This document shows, one piece after another, positions 37,921 to 48,082 of a stretch of 64,000 nt of DNA. The notes below the pieces were generated by a model. The model was not told the origin of the DNA. It did not search any database and saw only the letters and a list, made by a program, of their open reading frames with translations. The translations under genes and the position numbers were made by a program. The stretch is from IMG/VR virus record IMGVR_UViG_3300026078_000024, positions 28,878 through 92,877 of that record. The stretch is one strand, 5' to 3'. The DNA is from a virus. How positions within the stretch are numbered: position 1 is the first letter of the stretch; every line of letters starts with the position of its first letter.

Positions 37921-38249
37921 GCCCGGAGCCCAACTACACAGAAGATCCAGGTGATTTCGACTTCGGCTCCCTCGACAAACCCAAAACGGAGGTGCTCTCT
38001 TCTCGGGCCATGCCGGTCTCGGAGGCGGCCAAGGCGTTGCGGAACGCGGCATCCGGCCGGGCCGGAGACGCGCGGGTGTTCAAGATCAATGCCGAGGGGT
38101 CAGTGGAGACACGCGGGTATTCTCCGGACGAGGTCCGGCAACTCATGTCCGACTGGCGTGATCACATGTTCGACTTCGGCCGCCGCGCGCAGGCCCTCGC
38201 GGGCACCATGGACGAGATGCACGACCCGGGGACGGGGGGATACCAGTGA
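37917..38249 (+). CDS. hypothetical protein
   Basis: GTGA overlaps. Confidence 0.55.
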   Translation: MSPEPNYTEDPGDFDFGSLDKPKTEVLSSRAMPVSEAAKALRNAASGRAGDARVFKINAEGSVETRGYSPDEVRQLMSDWRDHMFDFGRRAQALAGTMDEMHDPGTGGYQ

Positions 38250-38935
38250 TCGGATTCCTGATCGGGTTCCTCGGTCATCTCGCCGTCTCTGCGATCATCG
38301 CCGGTCGCATGTACCGGCGTGAGTACGATCTCGTCTACGGATCACCGGCCCCGCAGATCTACGGCGGGAAGCACGGTCATGACGCGGCCCACCGGGCGGC
38401 CATGCGCGAGGCCATGCCGTGGTTCGCCTTCTGGCCGTTCTTCGGTCTCTGGGCAGGCATGGGGTGGCTGATCACCCTCGGACACCGGCAGTCGTGGGTC
38501 GAACGGGCCAACGAACTACGGAAGTTGGAAGAGGAGACGGGTCAACTCGCCACGCAGCAAGACCCGTTGGCGGGTCTCGACCGTACCGTGGGAGGGGGCA
38601 TGACCGTCACCCATGACCAAGATGCAGCCCGGCATCCCTGCCCGTGCGGGTACGTCACGGAGTGTGGGATGCATTGCGGGGACGGACACGAGACCGGTCG
38701 GTGCCCGGCGAACCACTTCCCCCCGTTCCCGGTCGCGCGTCTCGGCGATCATCCCGAGTTCGGTGATCTCTCCGGTGCGGAGATGGTGGACTACGTCATC
38801 CGGGCCCGGCATCCGGAGAAGCTCGTTCAGCATGTGAAGTGCGGGAAGATCCGGGAGTACGAGGTGGGCACGATGAAGGAGCCCGGCCGGAAGATGTTCA
38901 TCGACGACCGTGGCCACTGCTGGGAGGACGCATGA
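38246..38935 (+). CDS. membrane protein with Cys-rich C-terminus
   Basis: Two hydrophobic segments; CPCG. Confidence 0.6.
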   Translation: MIGFLIGFLGHLAVSAIIAGRMYRREYDLVYGSPAPQIYGGKHGHDAAHRAAMREAMPWFAFWPFFGLWAGMGWLITLGHRQSWVERANELRKLEEETGQLATQQDPLAGLDRTVGGGMTVTHDQDAARHPCPCGYVTECGMHCGDGHETGRCPANHFPPFPVARLGDHPEFGDLSGAEMVDYVIRARHPEKLVQHVKCGKIREYEVGTMKEPGRKMFIDDRGHCWEDA

Positions 38936-39258
38936 CCAACTATGTAGATCTCGACGAGCTGAAGGACCGGGTGTATTTCGAGTCGGCCACGTTCGACCGG
39001 CGGTTCAAGTGGTCGGAGATCATGCCGGACCCGAAGGTCGCCCCGGTGATCGCCGGTGAGGGCGGAGAACCGGACCGGTGGGCCGACGGGTTCCGCCGGT
39101 TCCACCTCCTCGACTGCGCGCACCGGGACGTGGACCGTGACGGTGATCTCTGCACCCATTGCGGCCACGCCTTCGAGCACTCCCCGCATGCGGTGTGGGA
39201 GACGAAGGGCGCGAAGGCGGCAAAGAAGACGACGGCGCGGCGGAGGAAGACGAAGTGA
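38932..39258 (+). CDS. hypothetical protein
   Basis: RBS GGAGG; ATGA overlap. Confidence 0.55.
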   Translation: MTNYVDLDELKDRVYFESATFDRRFKWSEIMPDPKVAPVIAGEGGEPDRWADGFRRFHLLDCAHRDVDRDGDLCTHCGHAFEHSPHAVWETKGAKAAKKTTARRRKTK

Positions 39259-39412
39259 AGCCGAAGCAGAAGATCTTGGTTCCCATGGCGCCGGAGCGGC
39301 GTCTCGCGGTGTACGCCCGGCAGCGGGGCGTGGAGGAAGATCTCTCGCGTCTCACCCCGAGGCAGCGGCGCCGGTACCTCAAGAAGATCCCGTACTGGCA
39401 ACGGATCAAGAA

Positions 39413-39416
<4 letters not shown>
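39255..39416 (+). CDS. small basic protein
   Basis: LTPRQRRR; overlaps with neighbours. Confidence 0.5.
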
Positions 39417-41037
<1,621 letters not shown>

Positions 41038-41041
<4 letters not shown>

Positions 41042-41066
41042 CACGACCGTGCCGATCATGCAGGGT
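41038..41066 (+). promoter_or_regulatory. sigma70/HrdB-type promoter
   Basis: TTGACA-17 nt-CAGGGT, upstream of a structured region with no credible ORF. Confidence 0.6.
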
Positions 41067-41072
41067 AGGAGT

Positions 41073-41355
41073 CAACGCGTTGCCGACGGGTGACGCGGGG
41101 CGTGACGGAAGGGCCCTATGCAGAACGGGGCCCGAACGTGCGACCGGCGGAAGACAACCGCCGGGGTGGCTGGCCAACGGTGATCCACCCGGGCGGGACG
41201 GGAGTAGCGTCTCGGAATCTGTGTCCTCGCGGACTAACGGTTGACCCGGGGTTGAGTGGCCTATACCCAAGGACTGCACCCCGGTGGAGGTGGAATCCTC
41301 CCACCCACACAACCGCCCCCGGCGTGCCTCCTTCGGAGGAGTCCGGGGGCGTTGT
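41073..41355 (+). ncRNA. candidate structured ncRNA (~280 nt)
   Basis: Promoter, about 7 consecutive hairpins and a terminal UUCG-capped terminator; no credible ORF. Confidence 0.6.
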
Positions 41356-41359
41356 GCTG

Positions 41360-41443
41360 TCACCTCTGAAGTGCCGGAATGAGCACATCGACGATCAACC
41401 ATGCCGCGAGGATCGCGGCGAGGATGGTTCCGAACAGTTTCAT
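41360..41443 (-). CDS. 27-aa hydrophobic peptide
   Basis: MKLFGTILAAILAAWLIVDVLIPALQR. Confidence 0.55.
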   Translation of the reverse strand: MKLFGTILAAILAAWLIVDVLIPALQR

Positions 41444-41445
41444 GA

Positions 41446-41523
41446 TCAGATCACCCCGAGCACGGCGAGGATCAGCAGGAGCACGAGCAGGCAGACGAGG
41501 ACGTACAACAGGCCACCAGGCAT
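41446..41523 (-). CDS. 25-aa hydrophobic peptide
   Basis: MPGGLLYVLVCLLVLLLILAVLGVI; RBS GGAGGTG. Confidence 0.6.
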   Translation of the reverse strand: MPGGLLYVLVCLLVLLLILAVLGVI

Positions 41524-41587
41524 GACGATCACCTCCGGGTGTCTCTCCGGACGGATACCCCGGTTGACATGATCTATCGTCGTGCTC

Positions 41588-42961
41588 ATGGTTGGTCCGT
41601 CCACGGCACGTCTCGCGGCGCAGCGCATGAGGGATCTCGCGGCCCTCGCGCGCCGTACTGCCATGGGGTGGCAGCCGGAACCCCACCAGATTCCTCCCCC
41701 GGGCAACTGGTACGGCTGGCTCCTCCTCGCCGGACGTGGTGCGGGCAAGACCGATGCCTGCGCGCACGCCATGGTGGAGCACGTGAACGGTCCGGCGTGC
41801 ATGCCCGGCCCGATCCCTCACTGGATGGCTATCATCGGCCCGACCCTCGGTGACGCTGTCCGCTCCGGCTACGAGGGTCCGTCGGGGATCCGGGCCCACG
41901 ATCCCCGGGCGGTGAAGGTCACCCGGGACGGCGGAACGGTGATCCATTGGCCGAACGGGTCCGAAGCGAAGATCTTCGGTGCCCACTCGGAAGAGGACAC
42001 GGACCGTCTCCGTTCCGGCGGTAACAACTGCTTCGTGTGGTGCGAAGAGATGGCGGCCTGGCGCTATCTGGATCTTGCCTACGCACAGATGCGCTTCGGT
42101 CTCCGCACGGGTCCCCGGCCCCGGTGGATCGGGTCGACCACACCCCGGCCGCGCGCGTTGATCAAGAAATTCGCCCAGAAGACTCCCCGGAACATGGTGA
42201 TCACCCATGCCACGACCCGGGACAATCCCCACCTCGGCCAGGAGTTCTATGAGTCGTTGATCGAGGCGTACGGAGGGACGTCTCTCGCGGCCCAGGAGCT
42301 TGAGGGCCGGATCATCGACCAGGACGAGAACGCCCTGTGGGTGCGCGAGTCGATCGAGAGGAACCGGATCGACCTGGACGACGCGCCCCACTTCTCCAAG
42401 ATCACAGTGGGTGTTGACCCGTCCGGCGGCGCCGGAGAACAGGGAGTCGTCGTGGCGGGCAAGTCGTTGTGGCTCCCGCCCGGGGCGGATGAGAGGTTGG
42501 TCAAGCCGAAGATCCACGGGTTCGTTCTCGACGACCGGACGTGCCATCTCAAGCCGGACGGGTGGGGGAAGCGCGTGGTGCGCGCGGCCGTCGACTGGGA
42601 GGCGGACGATATCGTCGTCGAACAGAACTACGGCCGCGACATGGCCATTGCCACCGTCCGGGCCGCACAGGAACACCTCGGGTACAACATCCCGATCAGG
42701 GTGGTCAACGCGACCCGGGGAAAGAAGGTCCGCGCGGAACCCGTCTCCGCTCTCACCGACAACGGCCGGTGGCACCACGCCGGTGTCTTTGACGACCTTG
42801 AGGACCAACTCTGCACGTGGCATGAGGAGTTGGACTGGTCCCCTGACCGTCTCGATGCCATGGTGTGGGATGCCTGGCACCTGAAGCTCGCGCACACCGC
42901 ACCGGCAGGACCGGCGTCGATCGGGTCCAGTGCAGCGCGGAAAAAGATCGCCATGGGCTAG
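41588..42961 (+). CDS. terL: terminase large subunit
   Basis: AGRGAGKT Walker A, WCEE Walker B, STTP, VGVDPS, SPDRLDA nuclease motifs. Confidence 0.95.
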   Translation: MVGPSTARLAAQRMRDLAALARRTAMGWQPEPHQIPPPGNWYGWLLLAGRGAGKTDACAHAMVEHVNGPACMPGPIPHWMAIIGPTLGDAVRSGYEGPSGIRAHDPRAVKVTRDGGTVIHWPNGSEAKIFGAHSEEDTDRLRSGGNNCFVWCEEMAAWRYLDLAYAQMRFGLRTGPRPRWIGSTTPRPRALIKKFAQKTPRNMVITHATTRDNPHLGQEFYESLIEAYGGTSLAAQELEGRIIDQDENALWVRESIERNRIDLDDAPHFSKITVGVDPSGGAGEQGVVVAGKSLWLPPGADERLVKPKIHGFVLDDRTCHLKPDGWGKRVVRAAVDWEADDIVVEQNYGRDMAIATVRAAQEHLGYNIPIRVVNATRGKKVRAEPVSALTDNGRWHHAGVFDDLEDQLCTWHEELDWSPDRLDAMVWDAWHLKLAHTAPAGPASIGSSAARKKIAMG

Positions 42962-43008
42962 TGCTATGATCCGTCCGGCTCAATCCACCTCACGAAGGAA
43001 CCCCGGCC

Positions 43009-43380
43009 ATGGGAAGTGTCACCAAGATCTTCGGCAGAGAGCAGGCGATGTGGCTCGGCCTCGTCGCCGGTGTTGTCGGCGTCCTCACCGGTTTCGGGAT
43101 CCAGGTCCCGGAGCACGCACAGGGCATCGTCACTGCCGTGATCGTCTTTGCCTTCGGCGTCTACAACGCGGTCAAGCTCCACGACGGCCTGAACGCCCTC
43201 GTGTCGCACGTCGCCCTCGCGCTCTTCTCCCTCCTCGCGGCCTTCGGTCTCAACTGGTCGGATCACAAGCAGGCTCTCGTTCTCGGCGGCCTCGCCCTCG
43301 TGACCGGGTTCATTACCCGGCAGGTCTCGACCAACCCGGTACCGGCGGCCGTCAGCCCGGCAGGGAAGCTGGTGGAATGA
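43009..43380 (+). CDS. holin-like membrane protein
   Basis: Four hydrophobic helices; FGRE...TRQVS actinophage holin pattern. Confidence 0.7.
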   Translation: MGSVTKIFGREQAMWLGLVAGVVGVLTGFGIQVPEHAQGIVTAVIVFAFGVYNAVKLHDGLNALVSHVALALFSLLAAFGLNWSDHKQALVLGGLALVTGFITRQVSTNPVPAAVSPAGKLVE

Positions 43381-43643
43381 GCAAGCGGGCATGGGGGATC
43401 GTCGCGGCCTCGGTCGCGGCGGTCCTCGTGGCCCTGGTCGTCTTCCTCGTCCACGGGTCCGGGTCGTCCGGTCCGGACCTCGGGGCGTGCAAGAGGGCGA
43501 TGCAGCGGCAGTTCGACTACGGCATGAAGCACCCGGACGCACCGGCGGGGACGAGGCCGCCGGAATGCCGGGGTGTGCAGGACAAGGACGTGCAGAGGTT
43601 CGCTGGCGAGATCATCGCCCACTACAACGGAACGGGATCGTGA
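43377..43643 (+). CDS. membrane-anchored protein
   Basis: N-terminal transmembrane segment; ACK...RPPECRG. Confidence 0.6.
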   Translation: MSKRAWGIVAASVAAVLVALVVFLVHGSGSSGPDLGACKRAMQRQFDYGMKHPDAPAGTRPPECRGVQDKDVQRFAGEIIAHYNGTGS

Positions 43644-43834
43644 GCAGGTCGAGGGGCGGAGCTGAGCAGAGGGCGTTGAACGCGGCCCGGCAGCGGCGCG
43701 ACAACGGGGATCCCCTCCCTTTCATGCTGATCTTAAAGCAGGAGCGCGACCGGCGGGGAGTGATCCTGCCGGTGGGGAAGTCCCGGCGGAAGGTCGAGAC
43801 GGTGAGGAGCGATCTTCTGTGTTCCGAGAACTGA
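43640..43834 (+). CDS. small basic protein
   Basis: GTGA overlap. Confidence 0.45.
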   Translation: MSRSRGGAEQRALNAARQRRDNGDPLPFMLILKQERDRRGVILPVGKSRRKVETVRSDLLCSEN

Positions 43835-44244
43835 TCTTGTGGCTGATGCTCTCGGCCGCTTCCTTCCGTCTCACGCGCCTCGTGGTCAAGGACACGTTCC
43901 CGCCGGTCCTGTGGGTCCGCGACCGCCTCGCCGGTGGCTGGCGGCCGATGACCGACGCCGACTGGCGGGAGGTCCGGCAGCCGGGCGTGCCGGTCCTGGA
44001 GAAACACCCGGTCCCCTTCCAGGTGCAGGTGATCAACAAGGTGAGCAACCGCTGGGTAGAACGTGCGAAGTGGTCGCCGGACTGGCTGGCCGAACTGATC
44101 ACCTGCCCGTGGTGCGCGTCGGCGTACGTCTCGGCGTGCGTGGTCGGCGTGACGGATATCGTCATCGGCCTCGCCTGGCCGTGGCTCATGGCGTTCGCGG
44201 TGTGGGCCGTGGCCGCTCCATTGGCAGCAAGGGAATGGTCATGA
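43819..44244 (+). CDS. DUF1360-like membrane protein
   Basis: FRLTRLVVKDT...ELITCPWCAS. Confidence 0.75.
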   Translation: MFRELILWLMLSAASFRLTRLVVKDTFPPVLWVRDRLAGGWRPMTDADWREVRQPGVPVLEKHPVPFQVQVINKVSNRWVERAKWSPDWLAELITCPWCASAYVSACVVGVTDIVIGLAWPWLMAFAVWAVAAPLAAREWS

Positions 44245-44342
44245 ACCTCAACTGGCCTGCGGCCGTAGTCGCTCTCGGAACGATCGCCCTCGGAATCGGG
44301 GCGGTCAAGATCCTCCGGAGGAAGAAGAGGAAGATCAAGTGA
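44241..44342 (+). CDS. small transmembrane peptide with basic tail
   Basis: MNLNWPAAVVALGTIALGIGAVKILRRKKRKIK. Confidence 0.5.
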   Translation: MNLNWPAAVVALGTIALGIGAVKILRRKKRKIK

Positions 44343-44623
44343 CCGAACCGCAAGGACCCCCGCCGTTCGACCCGGCTCACCCGTCCGTCTCGAACCAGGT
44401 TCCGGCGTGGCTGTTCACCGGCCGCCACAAGGGCCCGCAGGGTGATCTTCTCCTCTTGACGATCAGGGTCCCGAACGCCACCGTGACGGCGGTCATGAGC
44501 AAGGCTGACGGAGAGGCTTGGATCAAGCAGATCCAGGGGGAGTTGGATCAGATGTCCTCTTTGACCCTCGCCCCGGCCAACACACCCCTGCCTCCCATGA
44601 ATGGCAAACTGCCCGGTCCCTGA
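44339..44623 (+). CDS. hypothetical protein
   Basis: GTGA overlap; followed by a hairpin. Confidence 0.6.
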   Translation: MTEPQGPPPFDPAHPSVSNQVPAWLFTGRHKGPQGDLLLLTIRVPNATVTAVMSKADGEAWIKQIQGELDQMSSLTLAPANTPLPPMNGKLPGP

Positions 44624-44653
44624 TCTACACTGGGCAGTGCCTATCCGGGTCAT

Positions 44654-44690
44654 GAGGCCCCGGCGGTCTTGATCCCTCCGCCGGGGCTTC
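44654..44690 (+). terminator. terminator hairpin
   Basis: GAGGCCCCGGCGG...CCGCCGGGGCTTC. Confidence 0.65.
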
Positions 44691-44718
44691 GTTGTGTCTA
44701 TGCACCGGGATGAATGGC

Positions 44719-44869
44719 TATCCGGTCACCCAGCGCGAAAATAAGACATGTTACCAATACGTAGGGTGAAAAAACCTCTGGCTGCCCCGCTAACGAGATC
44801 GTTTAGGGTCCAAGGTATGAGTGGATAGGGGACCTGCTGAGCGGGATTTGCCCTGGTCAGCGCTTGATC
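44719..44869 (-). repeat. dispersed ~150-bp intergenic element, copy 2 (inverted)
   Basis: Core reverse complement at 44771-44804. Confidence 0.95.
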
Positions 44870-44913
44870 GTCTTCTTGATATTACCGAGCGGTAACCGGA
44901 TCTTGCATAACCA

Positions 44914-45276
44914 TCACCGGGTCAAGATGATCACTACGGTCATGATCCCCACGATCGCGCCGACGGCTGTGATGATCCATCCGTACGCGGCGCCGATTCC
45001 CGAGCCGCGCCCCTCCGCCCGGGTCACCCGGCGGGCAAGATCGTTCACGATCTTTTCGAGGGCGTCGAGTTGATCAGTGGTCGCTACCCCGGTCCGCAGT
45101 TCGTTGAGCAACTCGAACCGCTTGTCGGCGGACATCTCGGCCTTGTCGACGGCCTCCTTCGCGGCCAGCAGCGCGGCCTCGACCGCCTTCCCGCTCGCCT
45201 CGTAACGCTCTTGGTACCGGCGGTCTCGTTCGTCGATGATCTCCCGGAGGTGATCACACTCGGGACACTCGGACAT
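44914..45276 (-). CDS. coiled-coil protein with C-terminal transmembrane segment
   Basis: AKEAVDKAE..ADKRFE..NE.R, transmembrane tail. Confidence 0.7.
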   Translation of the reverse strand: MSECPECDHLREIIDERDRRYQERYEASGKAVEAALLAAKEAVDKAEMSADKRFELLNELRTGVATTDQLDALEKIVNDLARRVTRAEGRGSGIGAAYGWIITAVGAIVGIMTVVIILTR

Positions 45277-45310
45277 TGGACGTCTCCCCGGTCCGTGCCA
45301 TCATGCACTC

Positions 45311-45574
45311 ATGTTGATCGCTGTCCAGGACCCCGTCAGCATCGCACTGATCCAATACGGGGCGGTCGGTGCTATAGCGATCATGGCGTTGTTCGCAGTT
45401 CGCGTGCTCTTCAACCGGATCACTGAGCAATCGGCTCGGGACCGGGACCGGGCCGACCGGCTGGAGGCAGAACTGCGGGCCCTGAACGAGGCAGTACGGA
45501 CTGAGTATCTCGGGACGCTCGCCAAGGCGACTGACGCGATTGCGGACGCACTCGCGCAGCGCCGGAGGGGATGA
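45311..45574 (+). CDS. holin-like/membrane coiled-coil protein
   Basis: LIQYGAVG transmembrane segment followed by a coiled coil. Confidence 0.65.
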   Translation: MLIAVQDPVSIALIQYGAVGAIAIMALFAVRVLFNRITEQSARDRDRADRLEAELRALNEAVRTEYLGTLAKATDAIADALAQRRRG

Positions 45575-45581
45575 GCTGACC

Positions 45582-45800
45582 ATGGCGCGACCGACGCCGG
45601 TAGACGAGCTGGTCAAGGAGTCGATCAGGCTACGCAGGGAACTGGAAGAGCGGGCACGGCGGTTGAGCGACTTCGCCGATATGCTGATCAAAGAAACGCA
45701 CGAGGGGGATGAGTATGAGCGCGGACGAGAAGACGGAGCCGCCGAAGAACGGGCCGATTCAGAAGAGCGACCGTCTTCCGACACTGATCACTCTGGCTGA
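45582..45800 (+). CDS. hypothetical coiled-coil protein
   Basis: RBS GGAGGGG; overlaps the next gene by about 85 nt. Confidence 0.4.
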   Translation: MARPTPVDELVKESIRLRRELEERARRLSDFADMLIKETHEGDEYERGREDGAAEERADSEERPSSDTDHSG

Positions 45801-46215
45801 ACAGCTGATTGCAGAGGTCGACGAGCTGTCCAAGGACAGTGGCAAGCAGTTCGTGTCTCTGGCGAAGCGCGCCCGGACGAACCGGATGCTGATCTCCATC
45901 ACCGCTGCCAGCGTCATGATCGACATTGTCCTCACCATCGTCCTGACGGTGATCGGAGTCGGCATGCAGCGCAACACGGACCGGATCGACCAGCTCACGC
46001 AGCGGCTCGACCAGGCACAGACGGTGCAGAGGCAGAAGGCCCTCTGTCCTCTGTATCAGATCTTCCTCGACTCCAAGTCGGCGGCCGGACGCAATGCGGC
46101 CCCGGACCCGAAGAAGTATGATCACGCCTTCGTGGTGATCAAGCAGGGGTACGAGGCCCTCAACTGCGATCAGTACATCACCGGCACTCCGACCCCGGAG
46201 CCGCCCACTCCGTAA
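45715..46215 (+). CDS. membrane protein (lysis-associated?)
   Basis: Central transmembrane segment, coiled coil, LCPLY...C. Confidence 0.65.
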   Translation: MSADEKTEPPKNGPIQKSDRLPTLITLAEQLIAEVDELSKDSGKQFVSLAKRARTNRMLISITAASVMIDIVLTIVLTVIGVGMQRNTDRIDQLTQRLDQAQTVQRQKALCPLYQIFLDSKSAAGRNAAPDPKKYDHAFVVIKQGYEALNCDQYITGTPTPEPPTP

Positions 46216-46270
46216 GGGATTCCTCGCCGATCACGGTACTCTGTGGCCGATCAAGGCCGGGAGGATCACC

Positions 46271-48082
46271 ATGGCGTGGAACCCGTTCGCCCGGCGATCG
46301 ACGCCGGAAGAGGCGCTGACCGCTGCTGCAACCATCGTTGCCAAGCCGCGCGGCCCGCTGATGAAAACCGACGAGTCCTGGCAGCGGGAGGCATGGGAGT
46401 TCTACGACTCCCTGGGCGAGTTCAACACCGGTGTCTCGTGGCTGGCGTCCATGATGTCCCGGGTCCGGTTCCGCGCGGCCAAGCTCGACGTCGATCTTGA
46501 CGAACCGTCGATCTCCGATGTGAAGCCGACGGATCTTGCGGCCACCCTCATGCGCGACCTCGCCGGGGGCGTCAGCGGCCAGGCGCAGATGATCAGGGGT
46601 CTGACCACTCAGCTCTCCGTCCCGGGCGAGGGATACCTCGTCGGCGAGCAGCTCACGGAGAAGTCGTTCTCTTGGATGGTCCGGAGCAATGAGGAGGTCC
46701 GCGCCACCGGCAGCCACTTCGAGGTGGTCGGCGACCGCATCCCCAACGTCCGATGGGTCCCCCTCCCCGAGAACTCCCTCGTGGTCCGGGTCTGGCGTCC
46801 ACACCCGCGCTACTACCACGTCGCCGATTCCCCGGCCCGTTCTGCCCGGCCGATCATGCGGGAACTGGAGCTGGTCAACCGGCACATCACGGCGGAGTAT
46901 CTCTCCCGTCTCGCCATGGCCGGACTCCTGATCCTGCCGGAGGAGGCGTCGTTCCCGGTCCGCGAGGAGTTCGCGGACGAGCCTGACGCGTTGTCTCTGG
47001 AGTTCGTGGAGATCGCGGCCGAGTCGATCCGGGAGCCGGGCCATGCGTCCGCGATCGTCCCCCTCTTGATCCGTGTCCCGGCCGAAGTCGCGGAGAAGAT
47101 CCGCCACATCGACTTCACAGTCAGGATCGACGAGAAGGTCATCGACCGGCGTAACTCCGTGATCGAGCGTCTCGCCAACAAGCTGGACATCCCGGCTGAG
47201 ATCATGACCGGCCGGGGCGCGGTGAATCACTGGACGGCATGGAACCTCGACGAGGCGGCCCTCAAGACCCACATTGCCCCCATGGCCGAGTTGATCGCCC
47301 ACTGCCTCACCGTCGGGTATCTCCAGCCGCGCCTTGCGGCATCCGGGGAGAAGGACGTCGGGCAATGGGTCGTGTGGTACGACCTGTCCGAACTGGCGAT
47401 CCGGCCGGACCGGTCCGAGAACGCGATTCAGGCGTACGACCGTCACGAGATCGACGGCGAGGCCCTGCGCCGGGAGACCGGTTTCGACGAGGACGACGCA
47501 CCCGAGGGCGACATTCTCAAGATCCAGATGCTCAAGGCCCTGGTCCGGACACAGACCAACCCGGCCATGGTCGGCGAGGCGTTCGAGGCCCTCACCAAGG
47601 CGGGGATCTTCACCGAGCCGGTGGCACCGGTCGCGCCGACCGGCGGCGCCCCGGGTGCTCCACCCGGCCAGGGACCCCCGCCGGAGAAGACGACAGGGGA
47701 GGAGACCGGTCCGCCGAACGAGGGGAAGGTCCCGTCTCCGCCGACGAAGCCCCCGGCGGAACCGGCCAAGACAGCGGCACAGCTCGAACATGCCCTGAAG
47801 CAGGCGAGGACTCTCCACGCGGTCCGGTTCTCCGGCACGCGCGGCCCGGTCCTCCTCCATCCGCCCCTGTGCTCCGAGAACGCCTACGGGTGCCCGTTCA
47901 CCCACGCGGCCGAGGAAGCGTTGATCACCCAGCTCTCCACCGGATCGTATGAGGCGAAGCTCGACCCGTTCGGACGTCTGATCATCGGTGCCGGTGTGCC
48001 GTGGCTCGACACGTCCGGATGGATCACCACGGAGACGACCATCCTCAAGAGGCCCGGCCGGAAGGTGGTCACCAGTGGCTAA
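46271..48082 (+). CDS. portal protein
   Basis: WQREAWEFYD..GE, L.VPGE, RVWRPHP...ADSP, SRLAMAGLL, NHW.AW (cluster B-like portal). Confidence 0.85.
   Translation: MAWNPFARRSTPEEALTAAATIVAKPRGPLMKTDESWQREAWEFYDSLGEFNTGVSWLASMMSRVRFRAAKLDVDLDEPSISDVKPTDLAATLMRDLAGGVSGQAQMIRGLTTQLSVPGEGYLVGEQLTEKSFSWMVRSNEEVRATGSHFEVVGDRIPNVRWVPLPENSLVVRVWRPHPRYYHVADSPARSARPIMRELELVNRHITAEYLSRLAMAGLLILPEEASFPVREEFADEPDALSLEFVEIAAESIREPGHASAIVPLLIRVPAEVAEKIRHIDFTVRIDEKVIDRRNSVIERLANKLDIPAEIMTGRGAVNHWTAWNLDEAALKTHIAPMAELIAHCLTVGYLQPRLAASGEKDVGQWVVWYDLSELAIRPDRSENAIQAYDRHEIDGEALRRETGFDEDDAPEGDILKIQMLKALVRTQTNPAMVGEAFEALTKAGIFTEPVAPVAPTGGAPGAPPGQGPPPEKTTGEETGPPNEGKVPSPPTKPPAEPAKTAAQLEHALKQARTLHAVRFSGTRGPVLLHPPLCSENAYGCPFTHAAEEALITQLSTGSYEAKLDPFGRLIIGAGVPWLDTSGWITTETTILKRPGRKVVTSG

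Noticed and set aside
41073-41355. tmRNA, RNase P RNA or a canonical tRNA
   Set aside because: No GGGG 5' end, CCA end or tag ORF; no GAGGAAAGTCC; the T-loop is non-canonical and there is no full cloverleaf.
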